IMG/VR virus record: IMGVR_UViG_3300024581_000808
Span: 1-32,837 of that record
Source of the DNA: a virus
Length of the DNA stretch: 32,837 nt
Strand: one strand, 5' to 3'
This document shows positions 32,024 to 32,837 of the stretch, in pieces (position 1 is the stretch's first letter; every line of letters begins with the position of its first letter). The position numbers and the translations under genes are program-made. Under the pieces are notes generated by a model that was given only the letters and a program-made list of their open reading frames with translations, was not told the DNA's origin and searched no databases.

Positions 32024-32409
32024 GTGAACAAAAACCAAAAGCAAAAAGAACAAGAAAACCAAGAGCAAAGAGTAAGGGTTTAGGCGATAGTATAGAGAAG
32101 GTAACTAAAGCTACAGGGATCGATAAAGCAGTTAAATTTATTGCAGGAGAAGATTGTGGGTGTGACAAAAGAAAAGAGTTCCTAAACAAACTATTCCCAT
32201 ACAAACAAATGCAATGTTTATCAGAAGAGGATTACAACTACTTAACATTATTCTTTGAAACAAAAGAGAATGTATTAGCACCATCACAACAAAGAGTGCT
32301 ACTTACAATCTATAACAAAACATTCAACACAAAGGAACAAATGACATCGTGTCCTGATTGTTGGCGTAAAATGATAAGTGAATTAAAGAAAGTTTATAAT
32401 GAGTACTAA
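32020..32409 (+). CDS. Basic N-terminus / Cys-motif protein (129 aa), translationally coupled to the sigma factor
   Basis: N-terminal KPKAKRTRKPRAKSK, then DCGCDKRK and SCPDCW. ATGA overlap at 32020..32023. Confidence 0.55.
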   Translation: MSEQKPKAKRTRKPRAKSKGLGDSIEKVTKATGIDKAVKFIAGEDCGCDKRKEFLNKLFPYKQMQCLSEEDYNYLTLFFETKENVLAPSQQRVLLTIYNKTFNTKEQMTSCPDCWRKMISELKKVYNEY

Positions 32410-32506
32410 ACTAACAGAATTATTTGAATGGTATCAGTTTGACATCCATATTGATGAGACTATGGAGCTTTATCATAAATCATTCTTTATGGTTTGTAAT
32501 AATTGA
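32399..32506 (+). CDS. Small ORF (35 aa), below the ORF-track cutoff
   Basis: MSTKLTELFEWYQFDIHIDETMELYHKSFFMVCNN. Overlaps the upstream gene by 11 nt. Confidence 0.35.
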   Translation: MSTKLTELFEWYQFDIHIDETMELYHKSFFMVCNN

Positions 32507-32525
32507 ATAAACAAAACAAAATCAA

Positions 32526-32801
32526 ATGGACAAAAGAAAGAATAACGGTGGTGCAAGGAAAGGTGCAGGTCGTAAACCAAAGGATGAAGAACAAAAGATA
32601 AGGGACTTAATGAAACCTTACTCATTAGATGCTATTCAATGTTTAGCTAATATCATAGTAGATGAGAAAGCAAGGCATTCAGACAAGATAAGTGCATCTA
32701 AACTTATAATAGAGTACACCTATGGTAAACCAAAAGAGACAGTAGAAACTACACATAACATTAACGAGTTCAATATAAAAGATGTCTTTAAGCTTAAATA
32801 G
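32526..32801 (+). CDS. terS: Putative terminase small subunit (91 aa)
   Basis: Basic N-terminus NNGGARKGAGRKPKDEEQK. Lies immediately upstream of terL and overlaps it by 20 nt across the junction. Confidence 0.5.
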   Translation: MDKRKNNGGARKGAGRKPKDEEQKIRDLMKPYSLDAIQCLANIIVDEKARHSDKISASKLIIEYTYGKPKETVETTHNINEFNIKDVFKLK

Positions 32802-32837
32802 TAAGTACACACCTTTATTTAATAACGATAACAGATA
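32739..32837. repeat. Terminal direct repeat, copy B (identical to 1..99)
   Basis: See copy A. Confidence 0.9.

Noticed and set aside
32439-32444. Perfect sigma-70-style TTGACA hexamer in the spacer before terS
   Set aside because: No TATAAT-like -10 at 16-18 nt. The other promoters indicate a Bacteroidota host that does not use this consensus. It also lies inside a small ORF.
1-32837. Search by eye for tRNA/tmRNA genes, CRISPR arrays, an integrase/repressor lysogeny module, transposases, toxin-antitoxin pairs or known defence operons
   Set aside because: I saw no T-loop/anticodon-arm-like structures, no spaced direct-repeat arrays, no tyrosine or serine recombinase motifs, and no divergent repressor/Cro pair. 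tRNAscan and profile searches would be needed for certainty.

Overview
The window is one complete genome of a tailed dsDNA phage. The first 99 nt are identical to the last 99 nt, so the unique length is 32738 bp and the contig closes on itself. The sequence is visibly AT-rich. Every credible gene lies on the + strand and packing is very tight, with many ATGA or TAATG stop/start overlaps. Intergenic promoters match the Bacteroidota type (TTG about 19 nt upstream of TAnnTTTG), and most starts lack a Shine-Dalgarno sequence. I therefore infer a Flavobacteriia/Bacteroidota host. Modules, read around the circle: small and large terminase (32526..32801, 44..1255); tail/neck genes including a tape-measure-like protein (1.2-8.6 kb); an XkdF-like protease; fibre-like proteins; scaffold and major capsid (12.3-13.9 kb); portal (14992..16743); more fibre/lectin-like proteins; a lysis cassette ending in a GH24 endolysin (19.0-20.4 kb); a terminator and strong early promoter; about 10 small early ORFs (20.6-23.4 kb); the only long non-coding stretch (522 bp); VirE-like primase-helicase, SF2 helicase and VRR-NUC nuclease; an ERF/SSB-like recombination cassette; a DUF3310-like protein; two tandem short C5-methyltransferase paralogues; and an ECF-like sigma factor. 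I found no tRNA, rRNA, CRISPR array, integrase or repressor module, transposon or known defence operon. Items most worth follow-up: (1) a T_TTT_TTT slippery site with an 85-codon open -1 frame in a late gene; (2) repeats plus an A/T tract in the 522-bp gap that look like an origin; (3) a duplicated promoter whose first copy runs into a strong terminator, predicting a roughly 70-nt RNA; (4) the tandem minimal methyltransferases with a duplicated gene junction; (5) the sigma factor translationally coupled to a Cys-containing protein; (6) a 44-aa early lipoprotein and very acidic early proteins as candidate exclusion or anti-defence factors. All family assignments come from motifs read by eye. 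No database search was run.
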